Source: Rhynchopus sp. YZ270_cl-10 (Eukaryota). Taken from it: DNA of 64,000 nucleotides. Numbering within the stretch: position 1 is the first letter of the stretch; each line of letters begins with the position of its first letter. A program made the position numbers and the translations under genes. Location: assembly GCA_964035575.1 (NCBI GenBank), contig OZ037839.1:930001-994000 (forward strand), given 5' to 3'. A model generated the notes under the pieces. That model was given only the letters and a program-made list of their open reading frames with translations, made no database searches and was not told the DNA's origin. This document shows positions 13,311 through 25,500 of this stretch, piece after piece.

Positions 13311-16300
13311 CTCTATTTTACGGCAGGTGTGACCGGTTGAGGTGATACTTCCGGACTGAGGAAGGGCATTCTTTTACTTTTTTTTCTGTGTGTTTGTTTT
13401 CTTGTTGTAGTCTTTTTTGGTGAAGGGGCTTGGCCGACGACACTGAGAACCTCTTTGGTTCATAGCTGTTAACGACGTCTGGTCCTACCTAGCTGTACAC
13501 TCTAATTCTAAAAATAAAATAAAATAAAACCAATAGGCAAAGGGGGAGGGGGGAGGCTAAAAGCCAAACAAAAGTAAAGAATGAAAAAGAAAAACTCAAG
13601 TGCTCTGGGACGGCCGCGAGTTCCTGCTCCGCTTTAGGCCCCGCAGACGGTTGTAGAGGGTGTAAGCCTCTTCCACCTCGTCGGAGCTCATCGACGGCTT
13701 CTTCGCTTCTTTCCACAGGTAGAGGCAGGTGAGGGCGTCATCCACCGACTGCCAATCCCCTCCCGCTGCCAGCGACTGGTGCTGAAGCGTGTTCGGGTAG
13801 AACGTGTCCTTCCACGCCTCGGCGGTCGCTGGACACCCCATGTTGTTGAATCCTGGGCAGGGCGCCATACCGGCATAGAACGGCACGTTGGTCGGGAGGG
13901 CTGTAGGTGCGGGTTGAGAGCCACTCTCCGATTGCGTGTACGTGCTGGGGGCCGAAGTGGCGTCAGACATGGGGACTGCGAGTTCTGATTCGTCGATGAG
14001 GTCCATAGAGAACTCGCTGCCCTGCGATGCGGCGGGCGGCTGCTCTCTCGGGTGGACGGAAGAGGGAACTGCCTCAGAGGAAGAAGATACGGGGAGGGCT
14101 GAGTGGGTGTTTGAGAAGCCACTCTCCGTACCGGTCTGAGGTTGTGTTGCCCCGTCCGAACCAGGGTGTGACTGCGCAGAGGCGCCGGGACGGGCAACTG
14201 CTTGTGCGACAGGGGGCACCGAGGACGCGACCGGAGTAGGGAGGGCTGAATGTGTGGTGGAGTAGCCGCTCTCTTGTCCCTGGACGTCTGATGATGCCTG
14301 TCTCATGTTGCGTTGCGTCTGTGCCCTCCGCGCCTTTGCAGTCTCCACTTGGCTGGTTTTTTTTCCCTGATTTTCTGACGTAGATTTGGGTGTTATTGTG
14401 GGAATTGGAGCACCATTCGGTATAATCTGACTCACAGGGGTGGTTTTTCGGCGGTTTTCAGCAAAAAGTTCGGCTAGATATTGACCCAGAATGTGGTGAA
14501 AAAGTGTTCTGGGGTTGTTCTGGGATGGAACCCTGCCTGACGACCTTTTGAAAAAAGTGTGTTTTTTTCCCCCGATTTTCTGCCGTAGATTTGGGTGTTA
14601 TTGTGGGAATTGGAGCAACATTCGGTATAATCTGACTTACAGGGGTGGTTTTTCGGAGGTTTTCAGCAAAAAGTTCGGCTAGATATTGATCCAGAATGTG
14701 GTGAAAAAGTGTTCTGAGGTTGTTCTGGGGTTGTTCTGGGGTTGTTTTTGCACCTAAAAACACCAAAAAATCGTCAAAAAAAGTGGCAAAAAGGCAAAAA
14801 ACCGTTTGCAATGGACTCAAAACACATTTTTGGGCCGAAATTGTGGCCAGAGACTCCTTTTTCCGTCTATTTTTGGGGCTTTTTTTGATTTTTTTTTTGG
14901 AAATTTAGTCAAAACTGGCCATAGTGCCCAAAAGGCCAAAAACCCGATTTTTCACCATATTTTTCAATTTTTTTCATATTTTGGGGTACCTAGAGGGTGA
15001 ATTTAGCCCCACAGGGCCCAGAAACCCTATTTTGGGGGCAGGATTCACCCGGGGGTGCCCGGGAAATGGACCAATGCTGAAAAAATAATTAAATGGACAA
15101 AATTCCTTAAGGAGTCGGACCCCCTACCCCCCCCCTAGGCATAGTGTGCAGACGAACAAAATGTTCGTCGATGTTCGTCGTGGGGGGAAAAAAAAATTTT
15201 GTTCGTCGATGTTCGTCGTTGTTCGTCGTGGGTTGCCCTTGTGGCAGGGACCTGTTCGTCGATGTTCGTCGACGAACATCGACGAACAAAACCGACGAAC
15301 ATTTTGTTCGTCGACGAACCAAAAATGTTCGTCTGCACACTATGCCTAGGGAGCACGGCGAGGCCCTTTTTTCTGTAACACTCAACAAAAAATCATGAAA
15401 ACGTGTAAAAAAAATATCCGAAAACACAAAACCACCCCAGAAAACACATTTGTGGGACTATTTCTTACTTTTTGATGCCTTTTGGCACTTTCCCCCCCGA
15501 TTTTTTGACACTTTTTGACACGTTTTCACCCAATTTCCCCCTTCTCTGAGGGTATTTGATAGCAGGGCGATTTATAAAAAAATTCAAAAATTTAAACTAG
15601 TCCAAAACAAGAGGAAAAGTGGTTTTTTCCAGTCAGATGTGTGCGCAGAGTGATTTCCGGGGGGTTTTGGGGCCAAAAGTCCAGTTTTTTCAATGTCTTC
15701 GCTGAAAATATTGAATTTTTTTTATACACAAAAACCACATTTTAGCCGGGGAGGAGAAAGCGTTACCAAAGCGTTACACACCTTCTATTTGGACCTCCGG
15801 GCACCAAAATCGACCAGAAAATGGTTGTAAATACGATTTTTCAACCCCCATAAGGTATCTAAGATCAACCCCGGGGGTATTGGTCTCTTCTATGGACGTT
15901 TTGTGGACGATTTTTGGGTTTTGGGGTGACGAAAAGGCCTAAAAAACGAGGTAAAAACTGCCCCCTTTTCTGTCTCATCCACTCAAATACACGCTCGGGC
16001 CCCAATCTGGACGCCCAAAAGCTTCGAAACCCACATATTTCCACTGCCGGACCTCACCGGAGGGGACGTGGGGTGGTTTTCGGCACCTTAGAAGAAAAAC
16101 TGTGCTCCCGGATCCATTTTTTTGAAAGCGTTACATTCCTAGAGGAAATCTTACTAAAATCTTACTATTTTCGAAGCCGTTTTTTTGAAAAAAAAGTGAT
16201 TTTTTTTAGAAAATAAACGCTCAGTTTTGGTTGTTTGGTGTTTCATTGGGCAGAATCGACGAATTTTAGGCCACTTTGGGACCAGGTAGACCCACCTTGG

Positions 16301-18011
16301 CGGGTTTTATGACTTTTTTTCAAAAAATTCTTGAAAAAACACGAGCGTTACAGAGGGTCCTTAAGGATTTCCTTAAGGGCTGTGCCCCCTATCCCCCCCC
16401 CCTTTTTACATACCACCCGGGCACCACCCCTGTTGAGAGGTAGCTGATCTCACCATCCTTATCGAAGAGGATGTGGGGGCGTTCCCTTCTGTTGATACGG
16501 GTCAGCACACTTGCACCCGTGAAGTTGAGCATGTCGCCGTACGCATCGCCTCCTGTGTAGGTCCATGTGAGACCGTCTTTGGAGAAGGCGTGCCCACCGC
16601 ATGGGAAGCAGCCGTACATGTTGTGGAAGAGTGCATGGTAGACGCTGCGCGGGTCTTTGTAGAGGAAGGGGTCCTCCGTGGGGCCGCCCAGGTTGTAGAG
16701 ATCGCTGGAGAGCTGTGTGGTGTAGGTGTAGGTGCCTGCGTCGGAGTAGTTGCTTGCGGACATCCAGTGGATGCGGGAGTACCCCGTATTCGTTGTGTTG
16801 TGGTAGAACGTCCGCCACAGGCCCACCATCGCACTGCCACCCACAAACCAGGGTGACAGATTCGAATCGCTTGTGGTATTGTGCATCACCTCGATGGGCG
16901 CCGTCCACGGTCCCTCGAAGGAGGTCGCCGAAGACATGGTGGTGTGGTCTTTATCAGGATGTGCAGGGTAATAGTCGCAGGTGGTGACAGAAGATCCGTT
17001 CTTGCAAGTACAGATGGGCCATTGGTTGGGGACGCGTTGTGTCATAAACATAGTAAGCTTGCCATCCGGGGTGATCTTGACATCAGGTTCGTGGCTGAAG
17101 CTGTCAAAGACAACGTTTTGCCATTCGTAAGGCCCGAGAGGGTTGGGCGAGGTTGCGTGCATGATCTGCGAGTTGGATGCCCAGGTGTTCAGTCCGCAGT
17201 GGCCCAGCATCTGTGAGGGCCACATATGGTAGGTCCCGGTCGTGGGGTCCTGCTGGATGGGCCCGCCCCAGGAGCTGGTGTTCACGCCGTCCGGTGCGGG
17301 CTGGTAGCCGCTGTTACGGGGGGCTTCCAGCTCGAAGAGAACTGAGCAGGCCATACCTGTGCAGGGTGTGGTGTGTTGAAAGCTACGAAGATGACTCATT
17401 TTATCTTCTTTTCCTTCTTTCGATTTAACGGACCGATTGGTCGTTCTGGTGGGGTACGAAACCGCTAACATATGTGCAGATAAAATTTAGAAAAAAAAAA
17501 TTCAAAAAATCCGCCTTCTTTTTTTTCCAAAATCCAACGACCGCAAACTCGGGGATGACATAATGGGGAGCTACCCTTATCACATACCCTTCCACCCTTG
17601 ATAGCACTGACAGGTCCCTGCATCGGTGTCGCATTCGCCGTTGTACGCACAGTCGGAGGAGTCTTTGCAACCACTCCAGACCCTTGCGGATGTCACGCCA
17701 ATGGCGTTTGCCGGGAACCAATACCAGAAGTCCTTCGTCACGCAGTAGCAGGAGGTGTGGAGCGTGGCGTTCACGGCGGACGGGCTGAAGTACGTATAGG
17801 AGTGGCAGTCCTCTTTGGCCAGAGCCGCCGCCTCACACTGCGCTACCTCCGAAAACGACCCTAAATAGCTGTAATACTCTGAGTCTGCCCCAGGCACCAC
17901 ACTCGGCTGGAACCTCCCATTCACATTGCTATAGTCTGAGCTCTGGTCTCCAGCCCACCTCTTCCCGGCAACCTGCACCACACAGAGCAAAAGCAAGGCC
18001 AGTGTCATCAT
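11680..18011 (-). CDS. Secreted protein: signal peptide, Cys-rich/EGF-like domain and GH43-like five-bladed propeller hydrolase; 3 exons (18011-17588, 17356-16414, 11728-11680)
   Basis: MMTLALLLLCVVQVAG signal; CAYNGEC...CQCYQGWKG EGF motif; SSWGG, HEP, EDPFLY and RERPH motifs. Both introns are GTATGT...CAG and splice in frame, ending PGWNADYSFTSVVPLGKQ*. Confidence 0.8.
11985..12280. repeat. Dispersed repeat containing GCGCGCGAAGCGCGC
   Basis: Near-identical inverted copy at ~48200-48520; the core motif also occurs at ~2455 and, as a variant, at ~18310. Confidence 0.7.
12443..15126. mobile_element. Foldback-type element with ~800 bp inverted arms, interrupted by a retroposon
   Basis: 12443-13248 is the near-perfect reverse complement of 14356-15126; each arm has an internal ~190 bp tandem duplication. 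Confidence 0.85.
13275..14355 (-). mobile_element. 5'-truncated poly(A) retroposon R1 with ORF remnant 13596-14355
   Basis: Poly(T) on + at 13275-13310; conserved 3' motif shared with copies at ~19630, ~21640 and ~30020; flanked on both sides by GTTTTTTT (likely TSD). Confidence 0.75.
15136..15348. mobile_element. MITE with TAGGCATAGTGTGCAGACGAACA TIR and GTTCGTCG subrepeats
   Basis: Perfect terminal inverted repeat; internal array of GTTCGTCGA/TCGACGAAC. Confidence 0.8.
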
Positions 18012-19039
18012 GTCAGAGGGGGGGTGTGGGGAAGGGGTGAGGGGGGTGTGCTCAAGGTTGGGTACTCCCGAAAGGAATATGGGGAGGGTGTGTGTGTGGG
18101 TCTTCTGTCGTGGGGTAGAGAGACGGAAAGAGTGTGCCAAAAAGCAGGTTCAGAAGAAAGCAAATTCTATCAGATCAGAGACGTCTGAACAAAGAAAATT
18201 TTTGTGAATAGGAGCAGCAGAAGAACAGGGTGTACGATGAAGTTACGTGAAAAGGAAATGGAAATCTATGTGAGGATTTTTTGAACTTGTGCAGAACTTT
18301 ATCAGGGAGTCGCGCGCGCAAAGCGCGTGCGACGACCGCTTGTGTGGGGAGAAAGCTCGGAATGGGTTTTTAGCATCCACAACACAGATGGACCAGAAAA
18401 AAAACATGGACCAGAATAATCATGGACCTTTTGGGGATTTAAATTTTTATGGAGGTACCCTAAAATAGTGATTTTAAATAAAAACGCTAAAAAAGCTAGG
18501 AATTTGGGGGGCTTTTTTCGGGGGAAAAAAGGGTGAGGGGAGTTGGGTCCAGTCATAGGGGGTATAGCATATTTTTTGGAAAATTCTTCAAAAAATCAAG
18601 GATTTTTGCTGGGCACAATGAAAATTTTCAGAAAAATCCCAATTTTCGGCCAAATTTGGAGCAAATTATGGCCCACCCACCCCGATTTTGGGTCAAAAAC
18701 CGACTTCATTTTTGCACAGGAGTGCCTACGATTTCGTAAACCAGAGGTCCTCTGGATGCATGCATTGATAAACACAACACTGGAAATTGCAAGGAACGGG
18801 TCTGCATGTGCGTGTTCTCTAGCCACCACAGTCACAGGGTATGCACAAAATGACCGAAGTGCAATGGCGATAATGGAAAGATAGATGCCGGCATTGGTGA
18901 ATTGCTGGAGTTCTGCACAGGAAGCTAGCATGACGTAGAATTACTGTGTGAACAAAATGACCGTATTTTGGTTGAAAATTTGACTTGAAAATTTTTTTCA
19001 TAATTTGCCCAATCGAAGGTTTTCCTTGGATTTTTTGGG

Positions 19040-19568
19040 CCATTTTATGACGTACCACGCCCGATTTTGGGCGAAAAAAAAAATTTTTTTTTGGTCAAAA
19101 ATCGCCTTGTATTACCACTGTATTGGTGTAGGCTTGTACACAGAAGTGTGTTTTGTGTAACCACAGATGGTCAAAACACCCGATTTTTGCATTTTTTTGC
19201 ATTTTTTGGTGCCCAAAGACCCACCTCAGTGGTCGAAATTTTCCCGAAAAAAAAATTTTTTTTTGAGATTTTTCGATTTTTTGACAAGGCGCTGGCCCAT
19301 ACAAAGTGCACTGGTGGTGCAGAAAATGGCTGGGGAATAAACTCTAGATGCTCAAAACAGCCCAATTCTTGCTTTTTTTGCTTTTTTGGTCCCAGAAGGG
19401 TACCCAGGTGTAGTGAGCAGGCCTCAAAAGCACTTGTGAAAAAAAAAAAAAATTTTTTTTTTTTGAGATTTTTCGATTTTTCGCTAAGGCGCTGGCCCAT
19501 ACAAAATGGCTGGGGTGGTACAAAAAATGGCTGGGGAATTGACTCTAGATGCTCAAAACAGCCCAATT

Positions 19569-19599
<31 letters not shown>

Positions 19600-19990
19600 T
19601 GCATTTTTCTTTTTTTTTTTTCTTTTTCTGTAACCTCTCTCTCTTTTACGGCAGGTGACCGGTTGAGGTGATACTTCCGGACTGAGGAAGGGCATTCTTT
19701 TACTTTTTTATTTGCCTGGAGGGGGTACGGGGCGGCCTCTTGTAAGTTTGTTTTTGTTTGTAGTCTTTTGTTGGTTTAGGGGCGTGGCTGACGACACGAT
19801 GAACCTCCTTGGCTCAAAGCTGTTAACGACGTCTAGCCAGGCCTGGCTGTACACTCTAGTCTATAAAAGGGGGAGGGGGGGGGAAACGAAAAAGGAAAAG
19901 TAGAGGCTTTTTTGGACTTTTTGGTCCCAGAAGGGTACCCAGGTGTAGTGAACAGGCCTCAAAAACACTTGTGAAAAAAAAAAAAATTTT
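19040..19990. repeat. Abundant A/T-tract repeat family (AGATGCTCAAAAC units)
   Basis: Homologous blocks at ~22000-22590, ~29400-30950 (tandem units) and inverted at ~47690-48160. Confidence 0.7.
19574..19904 (-). mobile_element. Short retroposon R2 (3' UTR only)
   Basis: Poly(T) then CTGTAACC and the shared motif; GCTTTTTT at both flanks; interrupts a repeat unit seen uninterrupted at ~19370. Confidence 0.75.
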
Positions 19991-20100
19991 TTTTTTTTTT
20001 GAGATTTTTGAAAAATCGGCACGGTGGCCCATTCCTACCCTTAGGGTAGGGTCCGCGGGGGGTACCCCATGGGGTACCCCGACCCTGACTGGCACTGGGG

Positions 20101-20384
20101 GTACACAGGTACACAGGTACACAGGTACACAGGTACACAGGTACACAGGTACACAGGTACACAGGTACACAGGTACACAGGTACACAGGTACACAGGTAC
20201 ACAGGTACACAGGTACACAGGTACACAGGTACACAGGTACACAGGTACACAGGTACACAGGTACACAGGTACACAGGTACACAGGTACACAGGTACACAG
20301 GTACACAGGTACACAGGTACACAGGTACACAGGTACACAGGTACACAGGTACACAGGTACACAGGTACACAGGTACACAGGTAC
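20101..20384. repeat. Perfect 8-bp minisatellite (GTACACAG)n, ~35 units
   Basis: Read directly; flanked by the imperfect inverted repeat GACCCTGACTGGCACT / AGTGCCAGAGTCAAGGGTC. Confidence 0.97.
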
Positions 20385-21372
20385 AGCCAGAGTGCCAGAG
20401 TCAAGGGTCCGCGCGGGGTCCGCCCCCCGATGACATAACGAAGTATCGCTTGAAAATACCGTTCAATATATGTTGCTTGGTGTGCATGAAGAAGGACACA
20501 CAAGGTATATCAAACGATAAATCAATCAGATAAACGTTACATCATCGGAAAATTGTTGGCACCGCCCCCCTGTCTTCGTATTTATTACCCCGTCGACAGG
20601 CCAAACAGCGTTGGGCTCAGAAGAAGCAGTGCAAGACAGTCACTGGGGATCAACATGAGAACCAACTCCCAACAACACAGGCTACCGAAGTAGCAGGTGG
20701 GGTGTTGCGGGTGTTTGGGGTGAGAAAATCGATTTTGGTAAGTTGCAGCAGAACATTCTTAAGTTCGCACTAGTCGAGAGAGGCTTACCCGCTGCAGTGA
20801 AGCAGTGCACCTGGAGAAGCGTGACACGCACATACAAGTATGTACGTTACTTCAACAAAGGCTGAATTCTGGTAATTCTAAGGGATGTGAATTCAGCCAC
20901 CACGCAGGTAGTGTTTTAAGGTTCCTCGCTTTGTGCTGCACAGCGGACTCATGACACAAAGGAGTTGCCCCCGCTCTCTTTCGCGCAAATTTAAGAAAAT
21001 TCTGAAGTAACTACAACCTGGCGTGCGGGTACAGATGCATTGCTTTGTTCTTTCCTCAAAGTCATATCTGATCTCTCGGGTCTGTACTAAAGTCAGTGTT
21101 TAGATAAGCATCCACTTGACTCGTTCTAACAACCGTTGAAATCTAGAACAAAAAGAACAAAACAATACACTGCCCCTTCTCACACCAAGCCGCCATGCTT
21201 CAAGAGCATGCCCTGGGCAAAAATTACTGTGACAAAAATTGGTTTTCTGGGGGAACGCGATATTTTCTTGTGCCTACTGTAGTCCTCCGCAAGAGCAGAG
21301 GACAGACTTTCCGGATCCCGAAGTCGAATTTTTTGCACTAGCTATGCTCCCTGGGTTAATGGCTATAGCAGT

Positions 21373-21716
21373 GACTGACTAAGAGTTTCATAATAATTGG
21401 GGCGGTCTATGGGGTGGGTTAATGGAAAAATTGGTTTAAAAACCCAACTTTTGCGGTCCCCACCCGGTTTGCAATAATTGCACCAGCTCTTCCATCGGCA
21501 CTGTTTCGCTGTCACGATGAAGGGTCGTCGGTTCGGGTACCTGTTGAGAGAAATTGAGTGCAAAAGTAGAGACTACAACAAAAAAAATCAAACAAACAAA
21601 CAAGAAGCCGCTCCGTACCTCTTCCATGCAAAAAAGAAAGTAAAAGACTGCCCTTCCTCAGTCCGGAAGTAGCACCTCATCCGGTTCCCTGACGTAAAAG
21701 AGTTGTAGAGGTTACG
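21373..21716 (+). mobile_element. Diverged retroposon R4 (same 3' motif, + strand)
   Basis: AAAGTAAAAGACTGCCCTTCCTCAGTCCGGAAGTAGCACCTCATCCGG...GAGGTTAC at 21638-21716. The 5' boundary is taken from where homology with 24050-24302 breaks. Confidence 0.6.
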
Positions 21717-22824
21717 AGATGCCATGATAAAAAAGTAAAAGTGACAATTTTGACAATAAAAATATGCTTCGATTTACATCCGAGCGGGACAAAGGCGAAA
21801 AGGGGGAGCGGGGGTGTAAAAACCGGGGCTTAAAAACATACCTTGCAGCACTCGCTCGGCCTACTCTCCAGGTACGAGAACATCACTGCACGAACAATCC
21901 CACTGATACTGATACCTGCATTCTATTTGTTGCCACATGGTAAAAATGACCAAAACTTCGACCAATTTTTTTTTTTCTTCACAATTTGCTCATTGAGGCT
22001 TTGTATTTTTTGGGCCATTTATGACCTACCACGCCCGATTTTGGGCGAGAAGAAAAAAAAATTTGGGTCAAAAATCGACGCGTCTTTGGTAAAATCACGA
22101 CTTTGGGCGCGAAACTACGTTTTAGACCCCCACAGATGCTCAAAAGTGCCAAATTTTGCTTTTAATGGCCTCAAAGGATCACGGGAGCACCCCTCGTAAT
22201 TACGAGGGCTCCCCACGCCGTGACGTCGTCATTGCGCGCGTAATTTCCCACGTATGCGGGCGTGGTTGGTCATAAAATGGCCCAAAAACCCCAAACAAAA
22301 CCTCAGATTGACCAAATCGAGGAAAAATTGTCAAGTCGAAATTTCAGCCAAAATACGGTCATTTTGGTTATACCCCGCGGTGTATGCAGTAGCTAGAACA
22401 CGTACACAGCTAAGTTCCTAAGCGATTTCCTTCACATTTTTCATGAAAAATTGGTCAAAAATCGACTTGTCTTTGGTAAAAAAACCACGAAAAATCGGCT
22501 GCGCAAAACCACGTTTTAGACCCCCACAGATGCTCAAAAGTGCCAATTTTTGCTTTTAATGGCCTCAAATCGTCGAAATTAGGCCTATATACATAGTTCG
22601 TAGTCCGCCGGAGTCCGCCAAAAAAAATTTCACCAAGACCCGCCCGAGTTGAGACGGACCTGAGACGGACCTGAGACGGACTCAGGCAAACTCCGCCCGA
22701 GTCCGCCCGAGTCCGTCTCAGGTCCGTCTCAACTCGGGCGGACCTGAGACGGACCTGAGACGGACTCGGGCGGACTCAGGCGGACTCGGGCGGAGTTCGC
22801 CCGAGTTGGGGTACGAACACCCTC

Positions 22825-23159
22825 CATGGTTGTACAAAGTACTCGAAGAGTATCGAGTACTCGAAAACGAAAAAAATAGGCCACTCGACACTCGAGTACT
22901 CGCCCGACCCATTTTTTTTTCTCTTCAATTTACTCGTTCTGGCACTCGAGTACTCGAACGAGTGAAAAAAGTGGGGGGAAAAAAAAACAGTACTCGGCCG
23001 AGTACTCGATACTTTTTTCTACTCGTTCGAGTACTCGAGTGCCAGAACGAGTAAATTGAAGAGAAAAAAAAATGGGTCGGGCGAGTACTCGAGTGTCGAG
23101 TGGCCTATTTTTTTCGTTTTCGAGTACTCGATACTCTTCGAGTACTTTGTACAACCATG
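22825..23159. mobile_element. Palindromic MITE, TIR CATGGTTGTACAAAGTACTC, CGAGTACTCG subrepeats, 6-bp TSD ACCCTC
   Basis: ~135 bp perfect arms; TSD at 22819-22824 and 23160-23165; empty site visible in the inverted copy near 24660. Confidence 0.9.
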
Positions 23160-23298
23160 ACCCTCACTCCATTTTCCACCTTGGGATGCTGCCCCATCCC
23201 TCAAATAAAAGTTTCGCCCACCCCATCCCCAGTAAACCATTTGCGCAGGGAGTTGTTTGTATTTTAATTTTTGTATTATTATCATTGTTATAAATATA

Positions 23299-24476
23299 CA
23301 TAGCGCTCTATTTAGAGTATTAGGGTATACTTAGAGTCTGGGATTTTGGGCCAAGTCAGTTAGAGTCCAGTTAGAGTATAATTAGAGTCGCTTTTCTTCA
23401 ATTAGACTATAATTAGAGTGCAGTTAGAGCATAATTAGACTCTAACTACACTCTAATTATAGCCTAATTAGAGTAAAACAACAGGCTTCTTGTAGGTGCA
23501 AACGCCGTAAGGAACCGGTTCCCCTAAGGTTCCTCTGTAGGACCCAGGTGCCCAGGTACCCACATAGCTGAAAATAAGACTTGGGGAACCGAGTTCTCAG
23601 CCGGACTGGGACACAATATGTGAAGGCGCTGTGGGTCCGCCTGAAAGCGGGTCGGGGACCCGGTCGCGGGAGGGTGGGGGCCTAGTCCTAGTCCTACTGT
23701 ACCTAGTACCCAGTACCGGGACTCGGGACCCAACTCCCAGCAACAAGGGGCGCCTTTTGGCGGGCGTTATTGAAGGTGTTTCGGGTGCAAAGTTTTCTAC
23801 AAATGTTGATGCGCGGGTACAGAAGTGGTGTCTTGTTCTTTCATCTGTAAGAATGTAAATGTCAATCGAATTTAACTACCACTAAGGGGTCGAAGGGGTA
23901 ATCCCAGTATCAACGGCTGTGTTGACGGGAAATCTATAGCGAGCATACGTTCATTTCATCCGAAGAAATACTACTTATGAACCCAGGAGAGATCCAAGCC
24001 TGAACGCGCTGAACAACTACCCGCGATTGACTTAGATGTTATACCAAAGAGAATTCATAACAAAACAACACCCTGCCCCATACACTAAATAGCCATGCTT
24101 CAAGTGCATGCCCTGGGCCAAAATTCCTGTGCTAAAAAGGCAACAAGACCATCCACAAGGAGTGTGAATTGTGCACTGGTTTTCTGGGGGAACAAACAAT
24201 ATTTTCTTGTGTCTGGTTCTCTGCAAGCAGAGAACAGACTTTCTGGATTACAAAGTCGAATTTCTTGCACTAGCTATGCCCCCTGGGTTGATGGCTATAG
24301 CATTGGTTGATGTGTCCCTCTTTATTGACCCTCTTATAAGACTCTAATTAGACTCTAATTAGACTCTAATTAGAGTCCAGTTAGAGTATTAGAGTTCAGT
24401 TAGAGTTTTAAAGACTCTAATTATACTCTAACTGCCGACTCTAATGATCTAATTAGAGTCTAATTAGAGCGCTATG
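23299..24476. mobile_element. Nested TIR element (CATAGCGCTCTA) with ATTAGAGT subrepeats
   Basis: Inverted ends flanked by TA; TTAGAGT arrays at 23310-23475 and 24340-24470. Confidence 0.75.
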
Positions 24477-24869
24477 TATAAATGTAATAATATTATATAC
24501 CTGGATATTACCAGCTATTTCATTCAAAAATATAATACAAACAACTCCCTGCGCAAATGGTGTACTTTTCGCTTTCTTCATAGACATTGAGATGGGGTGG
24601 GTGAAAATTTTGCATTTGCTGAGGGATGGGGCAGTATCCCGAGGTGGAAAATGGAGTGAGGGTGGTCGTACCCCAGCTCGGGCCCGAGTCCGCCCGAGTC
24701 CGCCGGAGTCCGCCCGACTCGGGCGGACTCCGGCGGACCTGAGACGGACTTTCAAAGTCCGCCAAAAGTCCGTCTCGACTCGGGCGGACTCGGGCGGACT
24801 ACGAACTATGTACATAGGGCAAAAAAAAATTTTTGAGAGTCCCTTTCCCTGGGAGGCAATAGCCACCGG

Positions 24870-25140
24870 GTGTGCAGGGGGTACCCCGGGGGGTACCCCC
24901 CAGGGTCCGCGGGGGTACCCCATGGGGTACCCCCGCGGACCCTGGGGGGTACCCCTCGGGGTACCCCAAACCCCCCAAAGGGTACCCCGCGCGGACCCTA
25001 CCCAACCCTGTGGGGTACCCCCTGGGGTAGCCCACGCGAGGGGGTACCCCCCGCGGACCCTACCCTGTGTGGTACCCTACCCTGCGGGGTACCCCTTTTG
25101 GGGGTACCCCCGGGGGTACCCCCAAAAGGGTCCGCTGGGC
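24870..25140. repeat. GGGGTACCCC palindromic array
   Basis: More than ten GGTACC-centred units; related block at 20030-20100. Confidence 0.8.
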
Positions 25141-25500
25141 CACCGTGGGCAGATTTTGTGACCAATTTTGGCTGGGGAATTTCGACGACCAAAGGGTCCC
25201 CCCTGTGGAAAAAAACGCTAATTGGCGCGAATTTCATACCCTAATCGTGTCGCGCCAATTCGCGCCAATTAGCGTTTTTTTTCGCGAAAAAACGGCTAAG
25301 TACAAAACGCGAATTGGCGCGAATTGGGGCAACCAGGGGCGAATATTAGGGTACCTCCTATGGACCAATTTTTCTGGTCCATATTTTTTTCAAAAGACGG
25401 TAATTGGTATGGGAAAAGGGTGGGGTGATTCGCACTTCTTGCGCACTTCTGAACACTTTTTGCACCCCGCACGCCCCATTCAGCCACATCATTAAAAAAT

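Larger units (their letters stand above)
22592..24810. mobile_element. TIR element (CATAGTTCGTAGTCCGCC) with GAGTCCGCCC subrepeats, containing nested elements
   Basis: Inverted ends flanked by TA; an additional inverted segment pairs ~23160-23290 with ~24490-24670. Confidence 0.8.

Noticed and set aside
13340..13380. CTGAGGA in the retroposon tail resembling a hammerhead core (CUGANGA)
   Set aside because: No GAAA after a stem II and no compatible cleavage triplet; it also lies antisense to the element ORF.
20041..20533. ORFs with VHRYTGTQ / VYLCTCVP repeats
   Set aside because: Translations of the 8-bp minisatellite; no coding evidence.
22592..25330. Short-unit arrays as CRISPR
   Set aside because: No constant repeat with unique spacers and no cas genes; they are MITE subterminal repeats.
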